DNA of 64,000 nt from Bdellovibrio sp. (GTDB taxonomy: Bacteria > Bdellovibrionota > Bdellovibrionia > Bdellovibrionales > Bdellovibrionaceae), in NCBI GenBank assembly GCA_036676395.1, contig JAKFCY010000002.1, forward strand, positions 2,368,001 to 2,432,000, given 5' to 3'. Shown here piece by piece: positions 28,603 to 38,695 of this stretch (positions are counted from its first letter, which is position 1; each line of letters opens with the position of its first letter). The position numbers and the translations under genes were made by a program. The notes under the pieces are model-generated. The model worked only from the letters and a program-made list of their open reading frames with translations, was not told where the DNA came from and ran no database searches.

Positions 28603-30342
28603 ATGACTACAACGAGTAAAACGAGCGATCAATCTATTCATCTTTGGCTTAAAAATTCTTTAACACGTAAAGACCAAACGGCTTTTATGTATAAGAAAAA
28701 AGGCGAATGGCTTAAAAAAAATTACTTCGAATATTTACAGCTTATTTCTCATATGCAAAGTCTGATCATCGAACAGCATGTACCAACAAATGGTAAAGTC
28801 GCTATTATGTCTGCTACCCGTTGGGAGTGGGCTTGCACGGATGTCGCCGCTTTATCTATGGGAACAATTTTAGTTCCGATTTATCCAAATTTAACTGATG
28901 AGGACGTCATCTATATTCTTGATCATTGCGAGGCGGATTTATTATTCGTAGATAATAAAAAAACTTACGCCCAGTTTGAACGCGTTAAAAGCAAAATTCA
29001 AAAACAAATTAAATGTTTGGTGTTTGATGAATTAGATATGGATGCTGGTTACGTGGCTGAAAGCTCAATTTTATTAATGATTGAACGCGCAGCTAAAATT
29101 AAACATGAAGACCCAGCTACAATTATTTACACTTCAGGAACCACTGGAAAACCAAAAGGTGTGTTATTACAACACCAAGCCTTAATTTCAGAAATCCATG
29201 AAGCCTTTTCATTATTTCAAATCGGCCCTGATGATTTATCATTGGCCTTTTTACCTTACGCCCATGTTATGGGTCGCGTTGAACACTGGGGTGTTTTATA
29301 CCGCGGTTGTCAGGTGGCTTACGCTGAATCAATTGAATTGTTAAAGAAAAATCTAGGCGAAGTAAAACCCACATTTCTAGTGGCTGTGCCCCGTATTTTT
29401 GAAAAAATTTATTCAGGCATTGCAACATTGGTTGCCGCGAACCCCGTTAAAAAAACATTATTTGACCAAACGCTGTCACTGGCAAAAAAGATTGCTTATT
29501 ACCGCAACACCAACCAGACAGCACCTCTTACCCATGCTCTTGCCTACCAAGCATTATCAAAAATCGTACTAGGCCCAATCCGCATGGCTTTTGGCGGCCG
29601 TTTACGTTTTGCAATCAGCGGTGGCGCACCACTAAGCCCTGAACTTGGCCAATTCTTTTCTTATTTAGGAATTCGCATTTTCGAAGGTTACGGTTTAACA
29701 GAAACTTTTGCCGCAATCACAGTTAACACTGAATCGCACTGGGAAATGGGCACCGTCGGCCGCCCGATTGGCGATGTTGAAATTAAATTTGCTGCTGATG
29801 GTGAAATTTTAGTGCGCAGTAAAAAATGTTTAAAAGAATATTACAAAAATCCAGAAGCTACTGCAGAAGCTATTGATAAAGACGGTTTTTTTGCCACTGG
29901 TGACATCGGTGAATTTACAGCCCAAGGTTATTTAAAAATTACAGATCGTAAAAAAGATTTAATTAAAACAGCTGGTGGTAAATACGTAGCTCCGCAAAAA
30001 TTAGAAGGTCTGTTAAAAGAAGAACCTGTTATTTCACAAGTTTTTATCTGCGGCGATCAGAAAAAATTTATCTCTGCCTTAGTTACAGTTGAATCTTTGG
30101 CTGTAGATGCCTCAGCTGAAGCTAAGCAAGAGGTTTTACAAAAGGTCAAAGCTCAAGTGCAAAAAGCTAATTCACAACTTGCAAGTTATGAAGCCATTAA
30201 AAAATTCGAAGTCATTTTTGAAGTCTGGTCAGTCGAAAATGGCTGCCTGACTCCATCAATGAAAGTAAAACGCAAATTCATTGAAAACCGTTATGCTCAT
30301 ATTATCGATGACATGTACGGCGGCAATGGAAGCGCTAACTAG
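28603..30342 (+). CDS. Long-chain fatty acid-CoA ligase (AMP-dependent synthetase)
   Basis: YTSGTTGKPKG, GYGLTET, TGDIG, DRKKDLIKTAGGKYVAPQ. Confidence 0.92.
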   Translation: MTTTSKTSDQSIHLWLKNSLTRKDQTAFMYKKKGEWLKKNYFEYLQLISHMQSLIIEQHVPTNGKVAIMSATRWEWACTDVAALSMGTILVPIYPNLTDEDVIYILDHCEADLLFVDNKKTYAQFERVKSKIQKQIKCLVFDELDMDAGYVAESSILLMIERAAKIKHEDPATIIYTSGTTGKPKGVLLQHQALISEIHEAFSLFQIGPDDLSLAFLPYAHVMGRVEHWGVLYRGCQVAYAESIELLKKNLGEVKPTFLVAVPRIFEKIYSGIATLVAANPVKKTLFDQTLSLAKKIAYYRNTNQTAPLTHALAYQALSKIVLGPIRMAFGGRLRFAISGGAPLSPELGQFFSYLGIRIFEGYGLTETFAAITVNTESHWEMGTVGRPIGDVEIKFAADGEILVRSKKCLKEYYKNPEATAEAIDKDGFFATGDIGEFTAQGYLKITDRKKDLIKTAGGKYVAPQKLEGLLKEEPVISQVFICGDQKKFISALVTVESLAVDASAEAKQEVLQKVKAQVQKANSQLASYEAIKKFEVIFEVWSVENGCLTPSMKVKRKFIENRYAHIIDDMYGGNGSAN

Positions 30343-30361
30343 TTAGGCGCGTTTGGGATAT

Positions 30362-30826
30362 TTACTGACCAAAAATTTCTTTTTTCAAGTTAGCAGTCGG
30401 TTTTTTTCCTAAATATCCAGTACAAATGCTGTCAGTTCCGGATAATGAGTTTTTGGTCATCTGATTTATTAGAGAAGCCTGTGCTTCGCTTAATTCGCCT
30501 TTCTGTAAGGCTAATTGCACATATTCTAAGTTAGATTTTTGACTTTGATACTGAGAAATACAGTAGGATAGATTTTGTTCTTTTCTATTTCTGTATTCCT
30601 GTCCTGAAACCGTTCTCCAAACTTTATTCCAATCAACAGAAACTTCAGCGCAGGTTCCCTGACAACTGAAATCGCCTGTGGTGATCCCCCGCTCAATACG
30701 CTCCCAATCAGGTTTAACTACTAATCTATCTCCGCCTTGAAGATCTGAAGTTGGCTGGCGCCAAGAATTAGACGCACACGAAGAGATAATTAAAGAAATA
30801 AACATAAAGCCAATAAATTTAAACAT
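30362..30826 (-). CDS. Hypothetical lipoprotein
   Basis: Lipobox ISSC; 154 aa; no recognisable domain. Confidence 0.65.
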   Translation of the reverse strand: MFKFIGFMFISLIISSCASNSWRQPTSDLQGGDRLVVKPDWERIERGITTGDFSCQGTCAEVSVDWNKVWRTVSGQEYRNRKEQNLSYCISQYQSQKSNLEYVQLALQKGELSEAQASLINQMTKNSLSGTDSICTGYLGKKPTANLKKEIFGQ

Positions 30827-31017
30827 AACAAAGAGTCTCCCTTATCTAAATCATGACTAGCATTGTGACGACGGTCAACTTCCGTCTTAAGATCTCTTTA
30901 CACCTGTCTAACAAAAAATGGCCTAAATAAATTCTAGTGCTCTTAAATAACTATAACCCAATCCTGTGGTGGCTTGATCCTCGCAAAGATCAAGGCATCA
31001 AACAGATTGGAACATTT

Positions 31018-32121
31018 ATGAAATCTATTATTTTATGGAGCATCATCTTATTACAGGTTCACGCCCACGCTTGTGACGACGCGATTAAGCCGTTTCCAAG
31101 AGATTGTGCGATCCAGGACCGCTTTGTAGCTCTTAAAAATACCTATGCCAATCGCCAGATCAATATAGATGAAATTGCTGAATACCGTGTTATTCGCTTC
31201 GTAGACCGCCAAAACTGGGAACGCGCAAAAACATCGCGGGTAAAGCCAGATCAAATTTATAAACCAGCCCCGGCAACGTGGGATGTTTGGGATGCTGGAA
31301 TGCGTGAAGTTATGCGAGTTGGCGGCGCCAAAGGTCAGCTGCAAAACGGCTATACACTTGATGAAGCCAACATTAGCTATGTGAATAAAGTTTTGTTATT
31401 AAACGAAGCCGAGAATTTAAATATTAAAGATAAAAATACAGACCAAACTTTAAAACCCGGTGAATACCGTAAAGTCACAAGCACTGGCGTCGGTTTTCGC
31501 TCTGGCGGAAAAAATTACGGTGATATGATCAATCTTTCTGAAGAATCTATGAACCGCCTACAAACTCGCTGGGAAGCAGCTATGGGCGCGACATTCAGCG
31601 ACCTTTTGCGTGATGCCGGTTCGGCCAATTTTACGGGTGCAAATTTAAGATCTGGCATGAAAGATGACCAAGGGCGCTCATTTGTTTTTTATGCGCCAAG
31701 CACAGTAGTGCCGGTCTCTATTGATTGGATCAAAAACTTTATTCGCTTAAATTTAGAAAGATATAAAACTGGAAATCCAGTTTTATCACCTATGGAATTA
31801 GCTGCCGTTGTGCAAAAATGGTTTGTCAGTATTCATCCTTTTTCTGATGGTAACGGGCGCACCTCACGCGCTATTCAAGATTTAATCTTAACTAATTTTG
31901 AAATGCCTGTTGTTCCAGGTGGCGACTTACAAGACGATGCTACAGCAGTTTATGAAGACTATATCGAAAGAACTTACGCTAAGACTGAAAGTATTTTGTC
32001 GGCTTTAGAAATGTGTTTAACCGTAAATGCAGCTTCATATCACTGTCAAACAGTTGGCAGCATCAAAGCCATGCCTGATGCACAAGTTCGTCAATTTGAA
32101 AAAGCGACTAAAAAGGATTAA
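31018..32121 (+). CDS. Secreted Fic-domain protein (predicted AMPylase)
   Basis: Signal peptide MKSIILWSIILLQVHAHA; complete Fic motif HPFSDGNGRTSR; PGEYR flap. Confidence 0.85.
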   Translation: MKSIILWSIILLQVHAHACDDAIKPFPRDCAIQDRFVALKNTYANRQINIDEIAEYRVIRFVDRQNWERAKTSRVKPDQIYKPAPATWDVWDAGMREVMRVGGAKGQLQNGYTLDEANISYVNKVLLLNEAENLNIKDKNTDQTLKPGEYRKVTSTGVGFRSGGKNYGDMINLSEESMNRLQTRWEAAMGATFSDLLRDAGSANFTGANLRSGMKDDQGRSFVFYAPSTVVPVSIDWIKNFIRLNLERYKTGNPVLSPMELAAVVQKWFVSIHPFSDGNGRTSRAIQDLILTNFEMPVVPGGDLQDDATAVYEDYIERTYAKTESILSALEMCLTVNAASYHCQTVGSIKAMPDAQVRQFEKATKKD

Positions 32122-32127
32122 TCTGAA

Positions 32128-33282
32128 ATGTGGCGTAAGCTTTCAGTCTTATTTTTAGTTTTACACTGCACGACAGTCGCCCTTGCGAATGACAACGGGC
32201 GATTCGAAATGAGTGAAATCGGCGTGGCTTATTGGCTACCCGATGCAATTCCGTATGGAGTTTACAACGATTTTAAAGAAGAGCTAGCTACGTTACAACC
32301 ACAACCAACTGATGAAACCGAAACTGAACAATGCCGTTCATCTTATCAGAAATTATTTTCTAAACCTGATCTTAACTGGTCAATTTATTTCGGCTACGGC
32401 GATGGCGCCAGCGAAAATTACACCACTGATATGGCCGAACGAGATATCTTAGAAAAAGAAATCAAATCGCCTTGTCCACAATTTCGTCCCGATATTCAAC
32501 TTTGCGATTTCAAAGCAGATTCTTTAATTTCTGGCCAATATACAAAACAGATCAGAACCAAAAACGGCCAAACCGTGAACGTTCGCCTGAAACTTTTTAA
32601 TTCATCGCTCACCAGTGAAATTGCGGTGAATAAAGAAAGAAAATCAGATCAAAAGAAAAAATCTAAAGCCTTAGAAAAATCATACATCCATGCTCTGCAA
32701 ACGGATGATATTGTTTTTTATAGCGGCCATGCTCGTCATGGCTCTGGACCTGGCTTTCGCCCCCTATCAAAAAACCCTTTTTCAAAAATGGTGACTGGTT
32801 TATTTAGACCGATGGCTTCAAAAATGTATAACGCTTTAGGTGAAGATGACCGCGTTGATCATTCAGATGATGTCTATCCTCCACCTGCGGCCCGCACTGG
32901 AAAACCACCTGCTCTTCTGGGTTTTTTTGCCTGTGAAGCCGAAGCTCATTACGGCGTGAACCTTGCCCACCGCACCGATGCCGGTTTAATTTTAACACGC
33001 CAATCAATTTCAACAGTTGATAATATGCGTTTGCTGTATGCTGCTTCAAATAATTTACTGACTGAGTCTTGCGAAAAAGATTTTACTCAAAGCATGAATC
33101 AATCTATTAAAACGATTTATTATCGCCAGAAAAAAGGTCCACCGACTGCTTACGATGACAAAATGCCTAAGCTTTTTAACTTCTTTCACAAAGACAAAGT
33201 TAAGTACCGCAATGACTTGTTGTTATACTTTCAAAATCGCCATGAAGTCGGCATGGATATCAGCGCCCCTAGCGGCAACTAA
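32128..33282 (+). CDS. Secreted hypothetical protein, possible His-Cys dyad (clan CD-like) enzyme
   Basis: Signal peptide ending ALA; DIVFYSGHA and LGFFAC motifs; 6 nt after the Fic gene. Confidence 0.6.
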   Translation: MWRKLSVLFLVLHCTTVALANDNGRFEMSEIGVAYWLPDAIPYGVYNDFKEELATLQPQPTDETETEQCRSSYQKLFSKPDLNWSIYFGYGDGASENYTTDMAERDILEKEIKSPCPQFRPDIQLCDFKADSLISGQYTKQIRTKNGQTVNVRLKLFNSSLTSEIAVNKERKSDQKKKSKALEKSYIHALQTDDIVFYSGHARHGSGPGFRPLSKNPFSKMVTGLFRPMASKMYNALGEDDRVDHSDDVYPPPAARTGKPPALLGFFACEAEAHYGVNLAHRTDAGLILTRQSISTVDNMRLLYAASNNLLTESCEKDFTQSMNQSIKTIYYRQKKGPPTAYDDKMPKLFNFFHKDKVKYRNDLLLYFQNRHEVGMDISAPSGN

Positions 33283-33304
33283 AGGCTTGCCGCCCGCGGG
33301 CACC

Positions 33305-33321
33305 TGTCAAAAGTTTTGACA
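33305..33321. promoter_or_regulatory. Perfect palindrome TGTCAAAA-G-TTTTGACA, possible activator site
   Basis: 8-bp inverted repeat 40 nt upstream of a sigma54-like promoter. Confidence 0.45.
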
Positions 33322-33360
33322 CTCCAATTACCCCACATTCGAGACTAAGCTCAAATTTGA

Positions 33361-33376
33361 AGGCATACCCCTTGCT
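33361..33376 (+). promoter_or_regulatory. Putative sigma54 promoter AGGCATACCCCTTGCT
   Basis: GG-N10-GC with TTGCT at -12; AAGGAG RBS and ATG 33407 follow. Confidence 0.6.
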
Positions 33377-33406
33377 CTATAAACTGGTAAGGCAAGGAGT
33401 ATTGCT

Positions 33407-34024
33407 ATGTTTAAAATTAAATCGTTATTCACTATGAGATTACTTTTCTTTTCGTATCTAATTTTAGTTACGTTTATGGTGACAGCTTGCCAAAAAAACA
33501 ACGACACCGATGAAGGTGCAATCACGACAGATTGTTTAACTTACCCTCAAGCTTGCCAAACTGGTTATTACAACCAACCTGGTTTTCAACCTTATAACTA
33601 CGGTTATCAAAATAACGGCGGCGCATTTTACAACAATGGTTACTACGGATCAGGCACAAGCCCATTTCACCAAATGGCTAACAACAGCTACTTATGTAAC
33701 TGCCCTGTGGGAACAGTTCCAACTTACAATAACTACGCCGGTCTTGGCTGCGTTCAGTCAAATATGTTAGCGGGCTTCCAAGGTTATGCGTACTACGGTT
33801 ATAACACTTCTAATAACAACCAGTGGACAAACATTCCGCAAATTTCAAATATTCAAGGTTACAATAACAGCAGCTGTTATAATGGCGTGGTGCAGTCATG
33901 TATCGTGACTGATCAAGCAACTTGCAGAAGCGGTTATTCTTGCCGTGCTAATTCAGCAGCATCAGCAATCGGGATCTGCGTTTCTAATGGAGCAAATGGT
34001 CAAACAAGCCCGATTTTCCGTTAA
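33407..34024 (+). CDS. Cys-rich, Asn/Tyr/Gly-rich lipoprotein
   Basis: Lipobox VTAC; low-complexity N/Y/G/Q stretches; about 10 further Cys. Confidence 0.7.
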   Translation: MFKIKSLFTMRLLFFSYLILVTFMVTACQKNNDTDEGAITTDCLTYPQACQTGYYNQPGFQPYNYGYQNNGGAFYNNGYYGSGTSPFHQMANNSYLCNCPVGTVPTYNNYAGLGCVQSNMLAGFQGYAYYGYNTSNNNQWTNIPQISNIQGYNNSSCYNGVVQSCIVTDQATCRSGYSCRANSAASAIGICVSNGANGQTSPIFR

Positions 34025-34092
34025 TTTTCACAAAATTTATTCGATTCAACTGTAAAAATCAGCCATAGTATTGGGTACCAGCGAGGTACCCA

Positions 34093-36114
34093 ATGACAAA
34101 CAATCCACTATTACAAAAATTCACTGTTAAAGATCAAGCGGCTCCTTTTGATCAAATTAAAGTTGAGCACTACATGCCAGCTTTAGAAGAAGCCATCAAA
34201 GAAGCCAAAACTAATTTAGAAAAAATCAAAGCCGAAAAAAATCTAACGTTTGAAAACACTATTGTTGCTTTAGAACAGCTTTCTGAAAAGTTAGACCGTG
34301 CTTCGAACATCTACTTTAATTTATTTTCAGCCGAAGCTAATGAAGAACACCAGGCCTTAGCGCAAAAGATTTCTCCGCTGATGTCAGCATTCGCCTCTGA
34401 TGTTTCTTTAGATGAAGATGTCTTCAAAAAAATTAAATTTATCTACGATAACCGCGTTCAACTTGGCCTAACTGGCGAAGATTTAAAATTAACTGAAAAA
34501 ATGTTCAAAGATTTTTCTCGCAACGGGGCCTTGTTAAACCCAGAGCAAAAAGAAAAACTGCGCGCTCTTGATCAGGAGCTGTCTGTATTAAGTCCGCTAT
34601 TTTCTGAAAACAATTTAAAAGCGATCAACGCTTTTGAATTATGGATCACAGATAACAAAGACCTAGCGGGTCTACCTGAAGGAGCTATTGAAGCGGCGGC
34701 AATGTCTGCAGAAGCTAAAGGTAAAAAAGGCCAATGGTTATTTAACCTGCAAGGGCCTTCATTAATTCCGTTTCTGACTTATGCTGATAACCGCACGTTA
34801 CGTGAAAAAATGTGGCGAGCTTCATCTTCGAAAAATTTTAAAGACCAATTCGACAATCAAGAAACAGTTTTAAAAATCGTAAAACTTTCTACTGATCGCG
34901 CGAACATCTTAGGTTACAAAACATACGCTGATTATGTCTTAGAAGAACGTATGGCCAAAGATGCAAACACCGTATTTCAGTTTCTAGAAAAACTAATGGC
35001 ACCGTCAATGACAGCCGCTAAACGTGATTTAGATGAAGTTAAAAAGTTTGCTGGCACTGATGATATCCGCCCGTGGGATTTCGCTTATTACTCAGAAAAA
35101 CTAAAAGAGCAGAAATACTCTTTCAACGAAGAAGAGTTACGCCCGTATTTTAAATTAGAAAATGTGGTTGAAGGTGTGTTTGAACATGCCCGAAGACTTT
35201 TTGGTTTAACTTTTAAACCAGTGACTGATATTCCGGTTTATCATCCCGATGTAAAAACTTATGAAGTGTATGAAGAAGGCACCAACAAGTATATTGGCCT
35301 TTTTTACACCGACTTCTTTCCGCGCGAGACTAAAAAATCTGGCGCTTGGATGACATCATACCGCGAGCAAGGCATGTGGTCTGGCGAGATCAAACGCCCG
35401 CACGTCAGTATCGTTTGTAACTTTACAAAACCAACGTCGACAAAACCTTCACTTTTATCTTATGACGAAGTATCGACACTGTTTCATGAAATGGGCCATG
35501 CACTGCACGGGTTATTATCTGAGTGCAAATACAAATCTTTAGCCGGCACGAACGTGTACTGGGATTTCGTAGAGCTTCCGTCACAGATTATGGAAAACTG
35601 GGTTAAAGAAAAAGAAGGCTTAGACGTATTTGCTAAACATTACGAAACTGGTGCGCCGATTCCGGCTGAACTTGTTGAAAAGATTAAACGTTCAGCGCAG
35701 TTTCAATCTGGCTGGATGAGCTTACGCCAATTAACTTTTGGCTGGTTAGATATGAATTGGTATACGGTAAATCCCGCAACGATCACCGATGTTGATGCTT
35801 TTGAGACTAAAACTTTAGAGCGTTTACGCCTATTACCAAAAGAAGACGGCCAAAATATGTCTGTAAGTTTTAGCCATATTTTCGGCGGCGGTTATGCGGC
35901 TGGATACTACTCTTACAAATGGGCTGAAGTTTTAGATGCTGATGCTTTTGAGTACTTTAAAGAAAAAGGCTTATTCAATAAAGAAGCTGGCACTAAATTT
36001 AAAAAAGCCATTTTAAGCCGCGGCGGCACTGCCCACCCGATGGATTTATATAAAGAATTTCGTGGTCGTGAACCAGATCCACAGGCTTTATTAAAACGTG
36101 ATGGATTGGTGTAA
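34093..36114 (+). CDS. M3A metallopeptidase (peptidyl-dipeptidase Dcp / oligopeptidase A)
   Basis: FHEMGHALH, DFVELPSQIMENW, FSHIFGGGYAAGYYSYKWAEVLDADAF. Confidence 0.95.
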   Translation: MTNNPLLQKFTVKDQAAPFDQIKVEHYMPALEEAIKEAKTNLEKIKAEKNLTFENTIVALEQLSEKLDRASNIYFNLFSAEANEEHQALAQKISPLMSAFASDVSLDEDVFKKIKFIYDNRVQLGLTGEDLKLTEKMFKDFSRNGALLNPEQKEKLRALDQELSVLSPLFSENNLKAINAFELWITDNKDLAGLPEGAIEAAAMSAEAKGKKGQWLFNLQGPSLIPFLTYADNRTLREKMWRASSSKNFKDQFDNQETVLKIVKLSTDRANILGYKTYADYVLEERMAKDANTVFQFLEKLMAPSMTAAKRDLDEVKKFAGTDDIRPWDFAYYSEKLKEQKYSFNEEELRPYFKLENVVEGVFEHARRLFGLTFKPVTDIPVYHPDVKTYEVYEEGTNKYIGLFYTDFFPRETKKSGAWMTSYREQGMWSGEIKRPHVSIVCNFTKPTSTKPSLLSYDEVSTLFHEMGHALHGLLSECKYKSLAGTNVYWDFVELPSQIMENWVKEKEGLDVFAKHYETGAPIPAELVEKIKRSAQFQSGWMSLRQLTFGWLDMNWYTVNPATITDVDAFETKTLERLRLLPKEDGQNMSVSFSHIFGGGYAAGYYSYKWAEVLDADAFEYFKEKGLFNKEAGTKFKKAILSRGGTAHPMDLYKEFRGREPDPQALLKRDGLV

Positions 36115-36120
36115 TTCGTA

Positions 36121-37017
36121 ATGAAAGAAAAACACTTAAAGCTTAAAGAAAATAAAAAGATCGCTTTAGTTTATCGTATTCATTCACCTGAAGCGGTTCG
36201 CGTAGCTAAAAAAGTTGTCGCAAAATTAAAAGCAAAGCGCATTAAAGTTTTCACAGCTCCTGAACAAAAACAATTAGACGGCACAACGATGCTGATCAGC
36301 TCGAACGAATTAAAAGAAATGAGCTTAGTGATTGTTTTAGGCGGAGACGGTACTTACCTTCGCGCAGTTCGTTTATTAAAAGGCCATCAGGTTCCGATTC
36401 TCGGTTTTAACATGGGCTACCTTGGGTTTTTAACCGCTCACAGCGTAGACGATGTTTTTGCTACGATTGATGAAACTTTAAAAAACAAAATGGTAGTTCA
36501 TTCAAGATCACGCATTCATACTTCAGTTAAACTTAAGACCGGACGTCGTTTGTCGTTTGATGCGCTTAATGATGTGGTTATTGAACGTGGTTCATTTTCG
36601 CAGCTCATCAGCACCGCTGTCTACTTCGACAAATCTTATGTTAACCACATTAAAGCCGATGGTTTAATTATTTCTACTCCCACAGGATCAACAGCCTATA
36701 ACTTAGCGGCTGGCGGGCCCCTTCTGCATCCTGAAACAAAAGCCATGGTTTTAACGCCGGTTGCCCCGCACTCGTTAACGACCCGCCCGCTTATTTTTCC
36801 TGATGATAAAAAAATTGTGATTAAAGTTGATCAACAGAACTCTTCAAGCAATTTAATCATCGATGGACAAAAGGTTTTAGAACTTTCACAAGATGATGAA
36901 GTCACAATCACTAGATGTGAGACTGATCATGTGATGATTCGCAAATCTGGCCATAACTTTTTTGAATTATTAAAAGAAAAACTAAAATTCGGAGATCGCT
37001 ATGCTTCAGGAACTTAG
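36121..37017 (+). CDS. nadK: NAD(+) kinase
   Basis: GGDGT, LND, DGLIISTPTGSTAY; conserved position before recN. Confidence 0.95.
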   Translation: MKEKHLKLKENKKIALVYRIHSPEAVRVAKKVVAKLKAKRIKVFTAPEQKQLDGTTMLISSNELKEMSLVIVLGGDGTYLRAVRLLKGHQVPILGFNMGYLGFLTAHSVDDVFATIDETLKNKMVVHSRSRIHTSVKLKTGRRLSFDALNDVVIERGSFSQLISTAVYFDKSYVNHIKADGLIISTPTGSTAYNLAAGGPLLHPETKAMVLTPVAPHSLTTRPLIFPDDKKIVIKVDQQNSSSNLIIDGQKVLELSQDDEVTITRCETDHVMIRKSGHNFFELLKEKLKFGDRYASGT

Positions 37018-38695
37018 AGTTTCACAGTTCGCCATTATTGATTCGTTAAACATCGAATTTCAAAATGGACTTAATATTTTATCAGGCGAAACAGGTTCCG
37101 GAAAATCAGTGCTGTTAAAAAGCTTAGCGCTATTGATGGGTGAAAAAGCTTCGGCAGACACTATTCGCACTGGCTGCACGCAAGCGACCGTTGAGGGCTC
37201 GTTTTATCTAAAACACCGTCCTGATTTAAAAAAGAACTTAGAAGCACTAGGCATTGAAGCCGAAGATAACCAGTTGATCGTTCGCCGTATTATTTCTGCA
37301 GGCGATAAGTCTAAAGTTTATTTAAATGGTGTACTATCGCCTTTAGCACAATTACGTGAAATCGTTGCACCACTTATCGAAGTCACCGGGCCATCGGCTC
37401 CGTTGATCGAAATGACCGGGCAACATGACAATAGAAATTTGTTATCGAAGGCCTACCATTTAGATTTATTAGACCAATACGCTGGCCACTGGGATAAACG
37501 CGCGCAGTTTGAAACCCAATACCAAAACTGGTTAGAAATGAAAAACCAGATCACTGATTTTGAACGCAAAGCGCAAGACAAAGCCCAGCGTTTAGATTTT
37601 TTAAAATTTCAATTTCAAGAATTTGAAAAATTAAATCTTCAACCCGAAGATGCCCAGCTTGAAATCGAAATCAAAAAACTAAAAAATTCTTCTAAATTAT
37701 TACAATTCGCTGATATCTGTGACCAATTAGTTTACCAAGACGATGACAGTATTTCATCACGTTTGAAAACAATTCAGAAAAAAGCCATCGAAGTAGCGCA
37801 ATTAGATCCAAGCCTTCAGGAAAAAGTAGCTGTCCTTGATCAGGCACGAACTTTAATTGATGATGCGATTTATGCTGTACGTACGTATGTGAATAAAATC
37901 GATGCTGACCCTGAAATGTTAGATGAAAAAGAATCTCGCCTGTCTCAAATTCGTAAATTACAAAAAAAGCATGGCGATGATTTAACGTTATTACTAGATG
38001 TGTTTAATCAAATGGCGACAGAGATTAAAGCTTTAGAAAATAGCGATCAACATTTAGAACAGTTAAAAAAACAAGCGACTGTGCTTGAACTTGAGCTAAA
38101 AAAACAAGCCTCTGAAATGCATAAAACCCGCGCGACCAACGCGAAAAAGCTTTCGAGTGGTGTAAATCAGGAATTACTCGATTTAAATATGAAAGGTGTC
38201 TTATTTGACATCCATATCGCCCAGTTAGATCATTTAACTTCAACTGGCATGACTGATGTTGAATTCTTATCGCAAACGTCTCCTAAAGACCCTAAGCGCG
38301 CTTTATCAAAGGCTGCCAGCGGCGGAGAACTTTCAAGAATTCTATTAGCTCTTAAAAAATCGGCTGGTAAATCACAGTTTCCACGCACTTATTTATTTGA
38401 TGAAGTTGATACTGGCGTTTCTGGAACAACGGCAGAAAAAGTAGGGCGCAAATTAAAAGAAATCGCCAAAGGCCAACAAGTGATTTGTGTGACTCACCTT
38501 CCGCAAGTAGCGGCTTTTGGTGATGTTCACTTTTCGATTCAAAAATCGACACACAAAGATCAAGCCGTAATGACTGTGACCGAACTTAAAAAACAAGATC
38601 GCGTCGAAGAAATTGCCCGTTTAATCTCTGGTGAAAAAATCACGAAAACATCTATTGCCCATGCTCAAGAATTAATTAAAGAGTGCCAGGCTTAG
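37001..38695 (+). CDS. recN: DNA repair protein RecN
   Basis: GETGSGKS Walker A, SGGELSR, FDEVDTG, VTHLPQVA. Confidence 0.95.
   Translation: MLQELRVSQFAIIDSLNIEFQNGLNILSGETGSGKSVLLKSLALLMGEKASADTIRTGCTQATVEGSFYLKHRPDLKKNLEALGIEAEDNQLIVRRIISAGDKSKVYLNGVLSPLAQLREIVAPLIEVTGPSAPLIEMTGQHDNRNLLSKAYHLDLLDQYAGHWDKRAQFETQYQNWLEMKNQITDFERKAQDKAQRLDFLKFQFQEFEKLNLQPEDAQLEIEIKKLKNSSKLLQFADICDQLVYQDDDSISSRLKTIQKKAIEVAQLDPSLQEKVAVLDQARTLIDDAIYAVRTYVNKIDADPEMLDEKESRLSQIRKLQKKHGDDLTLLLDVFNQMATEIKALENSDQHLEQLKKQATVLELELKKQASEMHKTRATNAKKLSSGVNQELLDLNMKGVLFDIHIAQLDHLTSTGMTDVEFLSQTSPKDPKRALSKAASGGELSRILLALKKSAGKSQFPRTYLFDEVDTGVSGTTAEKVGRKLKEIAKGQQVICVTHLPQVAAFGDVHFSIQKSTHKDQAVMTVTELKKQDRVEEIARLISGEKITKTSIAHAQELIKECQA

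Noticed and set aside
30362..30826. Weak internal repeat in the lipoprotein (PDWERIERGITTG / VDWNKVWRTVSG)
   Set aside because: Too short to distinguish from chance without homolog alignment.
30937..31017. Longer N-terminus for the Fic protein, and a possible c-di-GMP riboswitch (GCAAA loop)
   Set aside because: ATG 31018 gives a clean signal peptide. The hairpin lacks the two-stem GEMM architecture, so it is reported only as a generic hairpin.
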